A DNA stretch of 63,710 nt, filler included, from Dugesia japonica (GCA_001938525.1; 5 parts of 5 records of this genome joined end to end with filler, not necessarily neighbours in it); one strand, 5' to 3'; shown: positions 49,290-63,053, counted from the first letter of the whole stretch. The notes: generated by a model not told the origin, from the sequence alone. Numbers and translations are program-made.

Positions 49290-52200
49290 TTTTTTACAAA
49301 TAAATTTTGTTTTGATCGAAGCCTTATCTTATTTTAATGAAATATAATAGAACTTACGTAAAAAATTTATGGTTGCTTTAAAATTTATTTCAAATATAAA
49401 ATCTAATAATTGAAATATAAAAAATAAAATTAATAAATGCATACTTTGATATTTAGGATTCTTCTTACATAGTTAAGTTTTGTAGATCTAAACTATTTCC
49501 TTTAGCATAGGTTCAGAGGCTAGCTAAAATAAACACCAGTTAAACATATTACATCACTAGTCAAAATAAGCAGTCAAACTTAGTACATCACCAATCAAAA
49601 ATCATAAAACACGTATGAAAAACAGTCAAAATGAGTAAACCAAGCAGTCAGGCAAAAATGGCTGACCCGTGGGTTACCAGTCAACTTGGTTTGGGACGCT
49701 AGTATCCCCCTACTTACATTTCCAAATTGATAACAGCAACAAAATAAATTCTATGATAATAAAATAATTTACCAAAATAGCGAACGAAATAATAATCTTT
49801 ATTTATCACTATCCAAATCATCTTGAAAATTTCCGACATTTAGAACAATTAATGTTGCTATTGAAACGTCACAAGTATTAATAATTACCGTTTTATTTGT
49901 TGGGTAATCCTACTCAACAAAGTGATTTTATGGTTCGTATTTGATACTATTAACAAAATTGAATAATCTGTTTTTGATTTTACAGGTGTTGATTTTATCT
50001 TGTGTGTATTTAAATATTATATTATATAAATGATATCGTTACTCAAAAACTTAGATATAGTAATATAGTGTGACTGTGACCTTATATAAATAAATAATAA
50101 CAACCTTTATCAAAGTTTTATTTTAGGTATATAATAACAACTATGTCGTTTTGGCAAATGTATTTTAATTTAGCAGAGTACAGCTTCACCCGAGAGATCA
50201 GTGTCTCTGTAAATAAAAAGTCTGAAAAACTAATAAATACAATCAGTATTTATACTGAATTGAACACATCATACTCACATTCAAGCAACCATTCAATATT
50301 ACAAAAAATATTTAAAATTTTCAAAAATATTTATATATTTTAATCAATAATTTTTTCTTTTAATGTACAAATTTCACCTGTTCAAATGTAAAAAAATTCT
50401 ACTAATTTTTTCCTTTTTATATAAAAATTTCACCTGTTCAACTAAAATATTTACAAAATAAATTATTAATTAACAATTAAATATGCACAACTTATTCAAA
50501 TAAAATGTTTAGATCACAAAATGTCTAGATACTGATAAAATGTTTATTGATAATATACTGATTTTCTGTTTGATGATACTACTGGTTGATTGTTGGATTG
50601 GAATGGCTTTTTGTTGGGATTTTCTGTTGTATGTTGATGCTGTTGATATACGTTATATGGTTTATATGCGCTATGTGATGTGTTTTGTATTTATGTAATT
50701 CTCAACATATTCGCAAGTTGCCGGCGAGTTATTTGAAATTTTACAGTTGTTGAAGTCATGCGAAGTATATCCAAAATTTCTCACAGGAACGTTTTCGGTT
50801 CGTCAGTTTTATTGAAATTCGAGAAGTGAATCCATAACCCTAATCAGTTTAACGAGAGAATGAATAGATAAATCAAAATTTATCACATCAAATAATTTTC
50901 ATCAAATCTCATTTCACAATAATAAAAAATGAATATGGTATGGAAAATATAAATTAAACGCTATATAACCTTTTCATAGGATCTCCACTTTCAGCCATTT
51001 TGTACAGCAGCAATGATGCATCATCATTCTATAAATCTTTTTAGCACTTTAGCGATACATTATAAAATCAAGATGAAAAAAATATATTTAAAAACATTTA
51101 TCTAAGCCAATCATGATTATGATATAAGATGCTAGTGCTTTCTGTATACACAGTACAACAATAATGAAACGGTACTGGATATTTAGGGTTAATATGGGTT
51201 AAGTGCATGCGCCGAGTATAAAAAAAATAAAAAATAATAATAAATAATAAATAAAAAATCACATCATTGTATGCGATAATGATCATGGTTTCTCTCAAAT
51301 ATAAGACTTAAGTGATAAAAAATTAATTCGTATATATACCAATATGAAAATTGGTATAATAATCCAAAATTCTGTAATCTATAATTTCGTAAAATGTCTT
51401 TTTAAATCAATGTTAGAATGCTGAACTTTCCATTAAAATTTTTTATCACCAAAATCAAAGTCAAATTAAATTCAAATAGATAGTTGAGAATCATTGTTTA
51501 TACATATTAATGTAGCTGAAACACTCCTAATAGAATCAGCTAAATTTGAGTAGATACTAGATGTTGGAATATTGTTGTCAGATTCGCTATTATTAACTTC
51601 TTTGTGGCAATCTTGGACTTTTTTTTGAAGATGTTTATGCTCTGAATGCACATATTGTAATTTTATATGGAACTACGTCAAAACCTTGTTTTAATAACCA
51701 CACAGAGCAATATTAGCTCGTAAAATAATATATATTAATATATTATTCTTAATGTATTAGGTTAATTAGAAAGTTTGTCCAGTTTTTAGATTAAAATTTA
51801 AAACTTATTATTTTGAGGTGTATATTTACAAAATTTTTTTTCTTTATATAATAATTTTGTTTTAACAGTGACTGAATTTATTACATATTGAAATATATAG
51901 CTAATTTTAATGTTTACTGAATAGCTTAAAAATGTTCTATGATAAGGAGCATATTATCCACACTATTATTCTTTATTAAAAAAAAATGTAACTCAGGAAA
52001 AATGGAACAAAGGAAAATATGTGCCTCTCATGGAGAGATTCTGTAACAGATCGCACTTATGGAATAAATTTATTTGTGTGCTTTATTAGATTTATTTTAA
52101 TTATCTTTCAAAAAACTTGTCAAAAGGGGTTTTCAATTTTTGAAGTTTGTTTCTAAATTAATTTTTTTACCTTAAAAACTCAGATCGCGCCAGGAAAGAC

Positions 52201-52756
52201 GAAAAATGATCAATGATGAACGTAATATGAGCTTAATTCAATTAATAATATGAATGTCTAAAGAATTGCTTGATTGCAGTGATTGAACAGCAACATTAAT
52301 TTTATTTTGTTGGTGATATTTTTTTTATGACAAAATCATGATTTATCAAAATTTTTTTTATATTCACAGAATTTTATTTGAGTAGTAATTAGCAAATGCT
52401 ATGCACAGCCTTTTAGCTATTGCCAGTCGCATTGGAAATTTTTTTACAAAGGGCGCATATAAAAAATGATATTTTTTCTAAATTTAAATGTCGACAATAT
52501 TGATATATTTAATAAAAGTATGACAATGCTATATAATCAACAAACTCTTATTTTAAACAAATTTTTATTAAGTTAGGCACAAAATTCAAAATAATCACAG
52601 AATTTTTTTGATCAAATGATCTCTTATAAGCAATAAACAAGATTAAAAAGTCAGAGAGAATAATTTACTATGTTTAACAATCACAAATTCAAGTATATCA
52701 ATAACATTTTCCATTGTTACAGGTTGCACATCCCTGTTATAGATAATGCCTTATTT

Positions 52757-54190
52757 CAGAGGTTACCAATCTTTTTGCACCTTAGAGCACATTTTAAAAT
52801 ATCTATAGTGTGGCGCGCAAATAATATTTTTTTCAATGCAATTTTATAGTTAGAGAGTAATAATAATACAAAAAAATATTTTTTTAATGTTTGTTTGCTA
52901 ATGTATCAAATAAATATAATTCAGTGTGATCTTTGACATTTCATTTTATCGGCCAGTGTCTCATAATTAGGGGAGTGAGATTACGTTTATGTTAACAAGC
53001 AATCAAAAAGATGTTCATCTATATTTCGATTTTATTAAATTCACAAATATATGTGGAACCAAAAAGGGATTTTATCTTGTACGCCGCTTTGTTAATAATG
53101 GAAACTTTTTTATGTCCACTGTATTCCAGAAGTCCTCATCATATTAAACATTTATCATATCATTCTGTAGGTCCAAAATCTGTAACTCTAGTTTTTCTGC
53201 CTTTACTTGAACAAGCGCTGCAATGTATGCCGTTATTTATTAATTATAAAATCAATAATTATATTATATAATAACATGAACTTATCATGTTAGTTACATG
53301 TTTGTCTTTTCCCTGCAACTCCAAGATTAAAGAATTTAATTTTTCCATTATGTCTGTGAGAAAACCAAAATCCACCAACCATCAAGAGTCGAGATATATT
53401 TTATTTTTTCAATTGAGCTTACAAAATTTGTAAGAACTTGGCCTTTGCTTAGCCAACGTACTTCCGTATGTATAGTGAGATCATTTTCTTAATCTTCTAA
53501 TAGGGCCTTGAAAAGTCGGTTTTGCAAAGGTTCTGGTCGAATGGGGTTTATTATTTTTGTAACTATTTTACTAATGTTTTTAAACGCGAGTATTTGGCCA
53601 CACAAAGCTTCCTGGTGAATACAGTGATATGACATGAAGTTTCCATCGACTTGGTATATGTTCTGAATGTATTGTAAATATCTTCANNNNNNNNNNNNNN
53701 NNNNATAGGTAATATTTTCAGCAGATCCTCTTCTACAGTAAAGTTACTAAATACCATTTTGATCATAACTGCTTTTTTCAACTGAGTTAGGATGTCCGTT
53801 TAAATTACATTTATTTTTCTTATGATAGTTTTATTTGACAACTGTAAGTCTTGTTTAGCTGACATGATCCCACGTTTGTTTGAAAATTCCTCAAATAAAC
53901 AATCGGCGCCACTGAGAAACATTTCTTTTAACAAATCACCATACTAAAAGAGTTTTTTCTACGTGGTTAGCAAAAATATTCTTTTGGAGAGACATATTTG
54001 ATTTTAGTTGATTTATTTATTCTTGTCTTTCTTAACTCAGATCGAGCTGGATAATTTTTTATCAAAAATGGCATGCAATTGTATTGAAGTTTTTGCCACT
54101 GTAACAACAAGCAAATACCTTTTTCTTTCATATTAACGAAACAGTATAATTCCTCCCAATCAATGTTAAAATTATAGTTCCGTTGTCTTT
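52757..54190 (-). mobile_element. hAT (Buster/GTF2IRD2-like) transposon remnant
   Basis: TIR-like CAGAGGTTACCAATCTTTTT at 52757. Minus-strand VFSNFTVEEDLLKILP..EDIYNTF and HCIHQEALC-like segments. Far boundary approximate. Confidence 0.7.
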
Positions 54191-55402
54191 TATCATATCA
54201 AAAAAAAATATCAAATAATCTGACTTTTTTAAAAAAGGTAAAAAATTATAAAATGTTTTCAGTTAGCATATAAAAATTGCAGAAATATGAAAAATGGAGA
54301 AATGACAAAAATATATTTGGATAATAATGTTTAATTAAAGCGCAAATAAAAATAGATAAGAATGTTTAAATATAACAAAAGTCTTCTATTAAATCAATTA
54401 ACTAAGTAGTTTGAAAACATTTGATAAAGACTATTTTTTGTTTTATAAAAAATTATTATCTAAATATATATTTGCAATTTATATAACTTATAACTTAATC
54501 GGATTTTTTATTTGAAATAAAATTTAATGATTTTAAACCTGTTTTTTGTTGTAATTCAAGTGTTAATTTTTTTGAGCGCATAAAAATTTGTACACAACTT
54601 AATAAATCTTTAGAAAATAATAAAATAATAGATATTTCAACAATAAGTAATATTTTTCCAGAATGTGATATAGAAGAGCTTAAATACTTTGGTAATTTAG
54701 AAATGACAAAGAAAATAGTTAATAATTATAACTTATCTATAAATGAAGCGGTTCAAAAAATAAACAATATTAAACATCGACTTTCAGATAAAAATAAATT
54801 TTTAGACTTTAATAATGTGACTGCACATATTTGTTTAGCTGATAAAATAAACAACTTTCTTTTACCACGATTTATGTTTTGAAAAAATGAAGAATTTGAA
54901 GGAAATAATGTATTATATAATGAATTATTATTTAAACATAAAGAATTATTATAAAAAACAATGAATTTGTTCAAAAATCTGATAGGCTCGAGCCATTTAT
55001 TTTAACAGGAAACATTTTTTAATTAAATCAAACTAGAATTCCTACCAGAGTCTAATCTGATTTATAGTGTTGTGTTTGGAGAGTAAGGGACAGTATTTTC
55101 GACCGACCTACCACTTGCACTGTTACGCAAGTCCCACAGGGTGTTGCCCAAGTCGGCGTGCAACCTAGTATTGGGTGGTAGGTGTGCAGCAGACAAAAGT
55201 ACGTATGCTGGGCCATCCCTCCACTCACTATTGGTTTCACTCGTCGTTGCATCTGTTACTATGTTACGATGGAGCACTTCCCGTGTGCGATCGGGGCCTC
55301 TTCATTCGTAAAAAGCCTGACGTTCGGATGTAGTTCACTCTCTTTCGTTTCCCGCCTCCATGGCAGACATGTTGGTAAAGTCGGCAAAGACACCCGCATT
55401 AC

Positions 55403-55502
55403 NNNNNNNNNNNNNNNNNNNNNNNNNNNNNNNNNNNNNNNNNNNNTTAATTAATTAANNNNNNNNNNNNNNNNNNNNNNNNNNNNNNNNNNNNNNNNNN
55501 NN
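55403..55502. other. Artificial contig-joining spacer
   Basis: 44 N + TTAATTAATTAA + 44 N. Confidence 0.95.
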
Positions 55503-55811
55503 TTATTGATTCGATCATATTTTTCAAAAAATAATTACAGAACATTGCGACGCATACTAGCGCGCATCTTTTCCACTTTTCAAAACATCNNNNNNNNNNN
55601 NNNNNNNNNNNNNNNNNNNNNNNNNNNNNNNNNNNNNNNNNNNNNNAAAAAAAAAATTTTCTTAAAGATTTTTTCTTAACAAAAAAAATTTTCAAAAAAA
55701 AATTTTTGTCAAAAAAATTTTGTCGCGAAAATAATTTGACGAAAAAAATTTTTCTGGCTGGGGGGGGGAGGAGGGTACGGCAGTGCGGCAGTGCGGACAT
55801 ATCTCACTACT
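55503..55811. mobile_element. Right terminus of a Polinton-type TIR; remainder lost at the contig start
   Basis: Ends ACATATCTCACTACT (compare CATGTCTCACTACT at 25148). Preceded by the same G-tract and AAAAAATTTT-type short repeats as 24960-25125. Confidence 0.65.
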
Positions 55812-55840
55812 CATATCTTGTAGATCTTTCTGAGTTGGAA

Positions 55841-56687
55841 ACCGCTGCAAGATTTGTGTCAACAAGAAATTACCTTAAATCCGTTAATTTTCTAGCTCTA
55901 GTATAATCTAATTTTTTCCAAATTTAATTGATTCAAAGTTTTTAGATGATTATTTTACCGAAAATTGTAAAGGTATTTATACCAGTTTTCTAGTACGCCC
56001 TCTTTCTTTCTATTGGCTAATGTACATCGTACGATTCTTATATTGCACTTATTGGCTAGATTGTCATCTGATTTTTTCTTATTGGTAAAAATTTTGGAAT
56101 TCTAAAATTACTGGAATTCAATAGGTTATCCTTAAAACCATTGTAACTTTTTTCTTGTTCTAGCCACGATTTTCTTACTTGGATTTTCGAAATCTCCGAT
56201 TTTTTATAATAAATCATTTTTATTTGTATGATTTATTTTGTTTAAATAAATAATTTTATTTTCTTAATTATTAATTGGATGTTCATTTTTCTTTTCTGCT
56301 AAATTTAATTTCGCCGTTTTGTTTCTCTAATTAATATGTTTAAGTTATTTTCTCTTTTTCCATTATTAATTCAATACGATTTCCTTACTTTTTCCTAATA
56401 AACTAATTGTTTGGCTGTTATTTATTATTTTCTTTGTTTTGCTAATAGCTTTTATTACTTCTTCTCTTCTTTGACTTTATTATTTCTTAGTTATTTCTTG
56501 TCGTAATTCTAAATTTTGCTAGTTATTTCATAAGTAATCTGGTTTTCTCTTTAATTATTTTTTTCTTTAATCAAATTGTGTTCTTCCTTTTTCTGGATTC
56601 TTCGTTTTCTTTTCTTGTGACATTCTTTCGAATTTCGAATTTACCTATCTCTATTTTTATCTTCTATGCCAGGTGTTTCCCCCAACA
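55841..56687 (-). mobile_element. Gypsy 5' LTR (55855-56687) and PBS on the minus strand
   Basis: Minus strand starts TGTTGGGGGAAACACC, ends ..GACACA, then TTGCAGCGGT, a variant of the tRNA-Leu PBS. Confidence 0.6.
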
Positions 56688-56729
56688 TTATTGTTATTAT
56701 TTTTATTATTATTATTAGCAACAAAGATA

Positions 56730-57420
56730 TACAAATAGACCGAGCAAATATAGGGGCTTTAAGGACAATTGGGAAACCAAAATGTGTGAAAAAATTCGTA
56801 GTATTTTGGGAATCTGTAATTATTATTAGAAATTCAAGATAACATAAAACAGTTAGGTAGCGATATGAGTAAGAAAAATTTAGAATGAAACGATGAGTTG
56901 GAAGAAATTTTCAAGAACTTAAAGGATGCTTTGACGTTAACTCAGATTTTAAGGTTTCTTGACCAAAGTAAGAATTTATCTTACACACTATCTCTAGTCG
57001 TAATACAGTGGAAGCAGTTTTGCATCAGATAGATTAATATGGTAAGAAGAGTGTAATTCATTATAGATAACATGCAGTGACAAGGCAAAAGAAGGGTTAT
57101 TGCATTACAAGGAAAGAAATATTATTTCTGTGTACATTTTAAACATTACGTCAACATTACAAACGGATCATAAAGCAATTACTGTTATGATGAAGACAAA
57201 AAACAGGTGCCTTCACAATTTCAAACGTTGATAAGCTATTTAAGTAGTCTTGATATTGCATTAGAGTACTGGAATATGTTGTCAAGGTTGAGTTGTGAAT
57301 CGAGTGTTCAATGCCAAATGCTACATGAAGAAACGATATAAGGGAAATTGAAGATCAGGATGTTGAATGAAATAAAAGAAATGTGCGAAAAAGAGATAGG
57401 AAAGCTGAATTACAGAAATT
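56730..57420 (+). mobile_element. Gypsy RT-thumb/RNase H fragment
   Basis: LGICNYY, GYCITRKE and TDHKAI motifs collinear with 42220-42900. Confidence 0.8.
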
Positions 57421-58699
57421 TTGACGATAAAGTATGGATTAAATAATATGAAATGATAAGAAGTTTGAGATATTCAAAAGTAATAAGCAACGAAGATGAT
57501 AAATTATTAGTTTCAGAAGCATTCATAATTGCATAGAATTTAGGTACTTTAGTTTTAATGTCGACAGTCATAATGAAAGATATTAAGAGAAATTCTATAA
57601 AATACATAAATCATATTACTAATTCAAATATTTTGGAAGGCATATATGTTTGTAAAAATATTAATGAAAGAAAATAAATTTCACTATATAATGTACTGTT
57701 TAAATATACTTTTAAGCTATACGATAGGAAAAACTATTCAAGAAAATTTTATTTTCATAAAAAAACAATATTATAAACATTTGATACAATATTTTCTACC
57801 ATTAAATTTTTGTTAAAATCTTATTTCACAATTTAATAAATTTTTCTTATGGATGTTTTGATGAACTATTTGACGAAAGATTTTGATGAATTATTTCCAC
57901 AATTTATTTAAGATAATGAAAGGTTACAATTACTCTTAATGTATTTGTGCATGTTTGCTTAAAAGGTGTGCAACTTATAATAATGTATAATAATATTATG
58001 AGTCATAGTTTTCACTAACAAAAATAATCAATATATGATTGTATTTACATCAAATAAAAAATGAAATTATATTAATTTAACTGCGTCTTCAATTAAAATC
58101 TACATAAAAAATATTTACTTTTACTATTGAGTTATAATTGTAAATTTAAAATATATATACTAATATATGATATGGTAAAATATTTTTGTAGTTATTTGAG
58201 ATAATTATTTGAAATGTTTTCATAATTTACAAACTAAAAATTAATTTAAATTAAATTTAAAAATTAACATTTATATGGTTTAATTTCTTTTAAATAAATT
58301 GTAAACAAGTTTTACTTAAGTTTTAATTTTTAGTTGAATGTTAATCATTGACGTTTAAATTGAGACATGTTTTGTAATTTATTTGTGTATGAATTTTGTT
58401 CATGATTTAAATAATAAATACTAATTATTATTTTAAAATAACAGAAAATATTTCAAGCAGATCGATTAATTTTTATAAACTACAGAAATAATGATTGCAT
58501 CAAAATCACAAGAGTTTACAAGGAAAATCAGAAATAACAAAATGTAATTGAAAATAAAAACGGCGAAGCAGTTTGATATTAATATTGAATGCATTATTGA
58601 TTAAATAATATTTACCTTAATGACTTAAATTAAAATTATTATTAATTTTCCTTATTTATATTATTCAATAAAATAAGTATCGAAGTTAAATAAATTATT

Positions 58700-59590
58700 T
58701 GGTACCCTCCTGGTCAGTTACTTTTGGCTGACTGCTTGGTTTGCTCATTTTGACTGTTTTTCATACGTATTTTGACGTGTGGTGTACTATTTTTTACTGT
58801 TGGTTTGAAAATTTTTGATTGGTGTGTTTATTTTAACTAACCTCTGAATTTATGCTAAAGTATTTATGGACTGGACATCACATCTTCACTGTCCTAAGAT
58901 TGAGCAGATACCACAGTTTAATTTTACTGATGATCACAGCTTCGATGTTCTTATTCTGACTAGTCAATATGGATATCATTCGATTCGTAATGAGTTGATG
59001 ATCATTTATAAAATGTTAAATCAACCCTCTGGTGAATCATTCAAAACCATTTAAATCATTTAAAATTTAATCTAACCAATTTAATGTGGGTATCGTTCAA
59101 ACCGTATTGAGTAGGCAAACTTTTATATCATATTAAAATAATCTTATGGTGAACCATTCAAAATTCTTTAAACCATATAAACCAAGACAAAATGGATATC
59201 ATTCGATCCGCAATGGGTTGATAAACTTTTATATCATATTTTCACAACCTTCTAGGGGACCATTCAAAACTATGGAAACCCTTTAAATTTTATTTTTACT
59301 TATCAATTTATATATCGTTCGAATTGAAATATGATGGCCGACATTTCTAGCATTATAAAGTAACCTTACTGTAGACGATTCAAAACAATTAAAAATTTGT
59401 AAATCCTTTGAAAGTTATTTTTTATATAACAAATTGAATAAAAATAAGTTGATAGTCATTGTTACAATGTTTTCACAAACTTATTGTAGACCACGAAATG
59501 CATGGAAACCCTTCAGTTTCATTTTTATATAACAAATTAGGTATCATTTAAACTGCTTTGCGTTGGTGAACATTTCTAATGTTCTTTAAT
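58700..59590. repeat. Partial relative of the 46313-49714 element with a degenerate tandem array
   Basis: 58700-58860 is the reverse complement of ~49500-49678. 58960-59590 has ~110-bp units (GGATATCATTCGA...CCATTCAAAAC) resembling 46400-46620. Confidence 0.6.
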
Positions 59591-59759
59591 AAATAAAAAC
59601 CAATAAANNNNNNNNNNNNNNNNNNNNNNNNNNNNNNNNNNNNNNNNNNNNNNNNNNNNNNNNNNNNNNNNNNNNNNNNNNNNNNNNNNNNNNNNNNNNN
59701 NNNNNNNNNNNNNNNNNNNNNNNNNNNNNNNNNNNNNNNNNNNNNNNNNNNNNNNNNTA

Positions 59760-62045
59760 AAAAAAATTCAAAACTCGTTTGTGAATGGTTTAGAAGCGAG
59801 TTGAAATTTTTGTACTTTGATTGGAAACTGTTTTTTTAAAATCTTTTCAAAAAAAATTAAAAATCAAATTAATCAAAAAGCTAAAATAATTATTTTGAAT
59901 GGAAGTTTGATCTAAAGTTTTGCAGCTGAAATTATTTTTTTAAAAATCTTAAAGAGTTTAAATGAAAATAAAAATTTTGCAATTGAAATTCTTTTTAAAA
60001 AATCTTCAAATTATTTTTGGATGAATCTGAAATTTTAAATCCATTAGAAAATAGTTTTGAATCAGAGCATGAGGTTTTAATTTGTTTGATAACAAATAAT
60101 GATGTTATAGTTTTATTTTGAAAAAATTTTATGGAGTTGAATTTTGATGTTGATAATCCGTGGTGATATCTAACATGGTGACAGCGGTATAAACCGATGC
60201 AATCACAGAGAGAAGGTTGCCAAAAACATTTTGCAGAGGCGATGATCTAAGGAACTTTATTAAACGGTGTGAAATATACTTCGAGGTAAAGAACATTGTT
60301 GTTAAGAAAGATCAGGAAAGTTGGATAAGATGTATGCTTCGTGAATATTTAATGGAAGCATATGTGAAGACATTAAAGAAAGTTTATGGATATCGAAAGA
60401 GATTGCGATTAGCTTTTGAGAACAAGAGAGACGTGATAAAATATTTACTGAACCTTGTAAGCTATCGACGTGGTAATGAAGAACTTGAGGTGCTTTTTAA
60501 ATACGTGGAAGATTTAGTCGATAAATAATTAGCAAATGGAGAACTGACGAAAGAAAAACTTTTGTCAAAAATGCTTATAATTTGTGCAGAAAGTAAAAAA
60601 AGCAGAAGAAGNGATAATCATGCAAAAATTTGAGAAAGTAAAAGATATAAAAGAAACGCTATCATTAGTTGAAAAAATAAAAAAGAGAACCTATTAACGT
60701 AGTAAAGAGTTACGCTGGTGTAACACGTGGAGAACGTTCCGGAGAAAGGAGACAAAATATTGAAAGAGTTAGAAAAAGAACAAAACAATGTTGGACATGC
60801 CAGAGTTATGGGTATACAAAAAGAATGTTCAAAAAATTTACAAGTGAAATGTTGGACTTGCATTTAAAACTTGCAAAAAAAATTGTCCAGACAAGAAACC
60901 ACCAAAATATTTTGGGTGGGGTAAGATTGATCATATTAGAAGGATGTGCACAGAAATTGTATGGGCTGATGTAAAAGACCAGGTCACATTGCGGAAGAAT
61001 TTTATTCGAACATTAATAAACAAAGGCTAGAAGAGAGAAGATATAATTTTAAAAGTGGACAACAAACAAGTTTGAAGTCGGACCAAACAAATCCATACCA
61101 TTCGAGAAGAGGATGATGATGAGAATGACGAGAAATTTTCTGGGAGTGTAATAGAAAATGAAGATTCGAGAAGAGAATACCCAAAAGGCAGGGCTCCATC
61201 AGTAGAGGAGTTGGTCGGAACAATTTATTAAACAAGTCAAGGGTGACAAGTTTAATTGTTTGCTGGATACAGGAGCAAGAATAAATGTAATGAGCATGAA
61301 AGGATTCAGTAAACTCGGCAAAACTATGTTAGAGAAACGCGAAGAACGATTTCGTTGCGCGAATAACAGCTCATTGAAAACAATTGTAAAGATACGTGTA
61401 AAAGTTGTGGTTTCAGAGGTGTGCAAGGAAGTAACATTTATAATAGTAGAGAAATTAATACCATATCTAATTGGTGGATTGAAATTTCAGAATACATTTT
61501 GGTATCATCAAAACAAGTGCAGGGTAGACATCAATAATCATCGAGGAAGATTTGTTGGCGACATCAAGGCAAAATTTGGAAGACAAATACAGACGGGTGA
61601 ACGATTGAGACATGCAATGGATATTCTAGAAATTAACAAAGATCATATATTGAATGCGATTATTCAGAATATTGAAGATTTATTTATGCCGGATAAGTTG
61701 GGCATTGGATGTACACACTTAAAGAAGCATCAAATAATTACTAAAGGAGTTCCAATCAACATAAAATCGTATCCCCAACCAATAAATCGAGAGGAGAAAA
61801 TTGAAGAGGCCTTCAAGAATCTATATGATAATGGTATCATCCGGAAGTGTAATTCGAAATGGAATACCCAATTAATCTGCGTTTGGAAAAAGGAAAAAAT
61901 GGATAAACGATTATGCTTATATTTTAGACAACTCAATGCAATAACAAAAAGACAAGCTTTTCCTATGCCAAATGTGGACGAAATGCTAGATGCTTTGGAG
62001 GGTACGCAGTATTTTAGCTCAATAGACTTGGGAAATACATACAAT
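59760..62045 (+). mobile_element. Ty3/Gypsy element, 5' half (LTR, PBS, gag, PR, start of RT)
   Basis: LTR ends CTAACA at 60175, PBS TGGTGACAGCGGT at 60176. Gag is similar to 39900-40320. LLDTGA protease. RT breaks off after SSIDLGN. Confidence 0.9.
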
Positions 62046-62049
62046 AATA

Positions 62050-62825
62050 ATGGATAACATCAAGAAATTTAATCAATACAAAATTGCACTAAAAGCAAAG
62101 TTTTCTTTAAAGTTTGAAGATTTTGCAGTTCATGAAAACGATTTCAAATTATATTTTTTACCCATTTAGTNTTAATGTTGAAACAGCCCCAGAATCAATG
62201 CATATTGAGCTCGTTGAACTACAGTGTAGTGGCGTTCTACAAAGAAAGTACCATGAAGTTTCCTTTATTCAATTCTACAAACTCTAAATTTATCAGAAAG
62301 CATTTCCGACAATCCGATTTCATGCTCTTCTAGCACTTATATCTGTAAAAAAATCTTCTATAAGATGAAACAGGTTAAGGCTGACTGATGATAACTTGTC
62401 AAACGAATTAAGAATGGAAACATCAAATATAAAAGCAAATAATTTGGATTTTTTTCATGATAAGAGATTTCAAATGTCACACTGACCTNAAAATACAACT
62501 AGATTGATATTAATGTTGGACTATTAGATCAGTACTTTAGTCATCATTGACTGATGATATGCAAACTGTAACAAACTTGATAGCGTATAATTATGAGATT
62601 TTAGGGGTGTTGTGAAAATAAAATTTATGTATAATATTTTATTAAAGTTAAACTTTGGACGTTTCACAGTTTTAGTATACTAGATACCTATGCTTTCAAA
62701 AGAATTGGTTATGAAATTCATAAACAAATATATTGACAAATTAGTGCGATTTATATCCGGTCTTCGGATATACAATATTTTAAAAGTTTAAACCGGCCCT
62801 TGAACAAAAATAGTTGCTCACGCTG
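62050..62825 (+). mobile_element. hAT (Buster/GTF2IRD2-like) 3' fragment abutting the truncated Gypsy RT
   Basis: FEDF, VETAPESMHIELVELQCS, STYIC and LTDDNL motifs. Terminus CCGGCCCTTGAACAAAAATAGTTGCTCACGCTG. Confidence 0.7.
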
Positions 62826-63053
62826 GCATTAAAACATTATATTTTAACAAGATGTTTTAATTTATTTAAAAATTGGCCTGTAAATATAATATATCCAACA
62901 AAAATTAAGAAATTACTCGTATTTTATAACATAATTTTGTAATAATATATTACCTGAAGTAAATAGTAAATTTATTAAACTCATTAATATTTATTTTTTA
63001 TAATGAAACATTTATTTATATTTGTTTTTAATTGAATAATTTTACATTTTTAG

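Larger units (their letters stand above)
46313..49714. mobile_element. Second non-autonomous Polinton-like TIR element, with nested insertions
   Basis: TIR AGTAGGGGGATACTAGCG(CA/TC)CCAAACCA at both ends. Perfect 6-bp TSD TACATT (46307-46312, 49715-49720). Confidence 0.8.

Noticed and set aside
55069-55402. GC-rich segment with several short overlapping ORFs
   Set aside because: No recognisable protein motif. Probably an LTR end (starts TGTTG) cut by the contig end, but not supportable.
62384-62405. CTGATGA motifs here and at 34640, 58927 and 63173
   Set aside because: No stem II plus GAAA; most lie in protein-coding frames.
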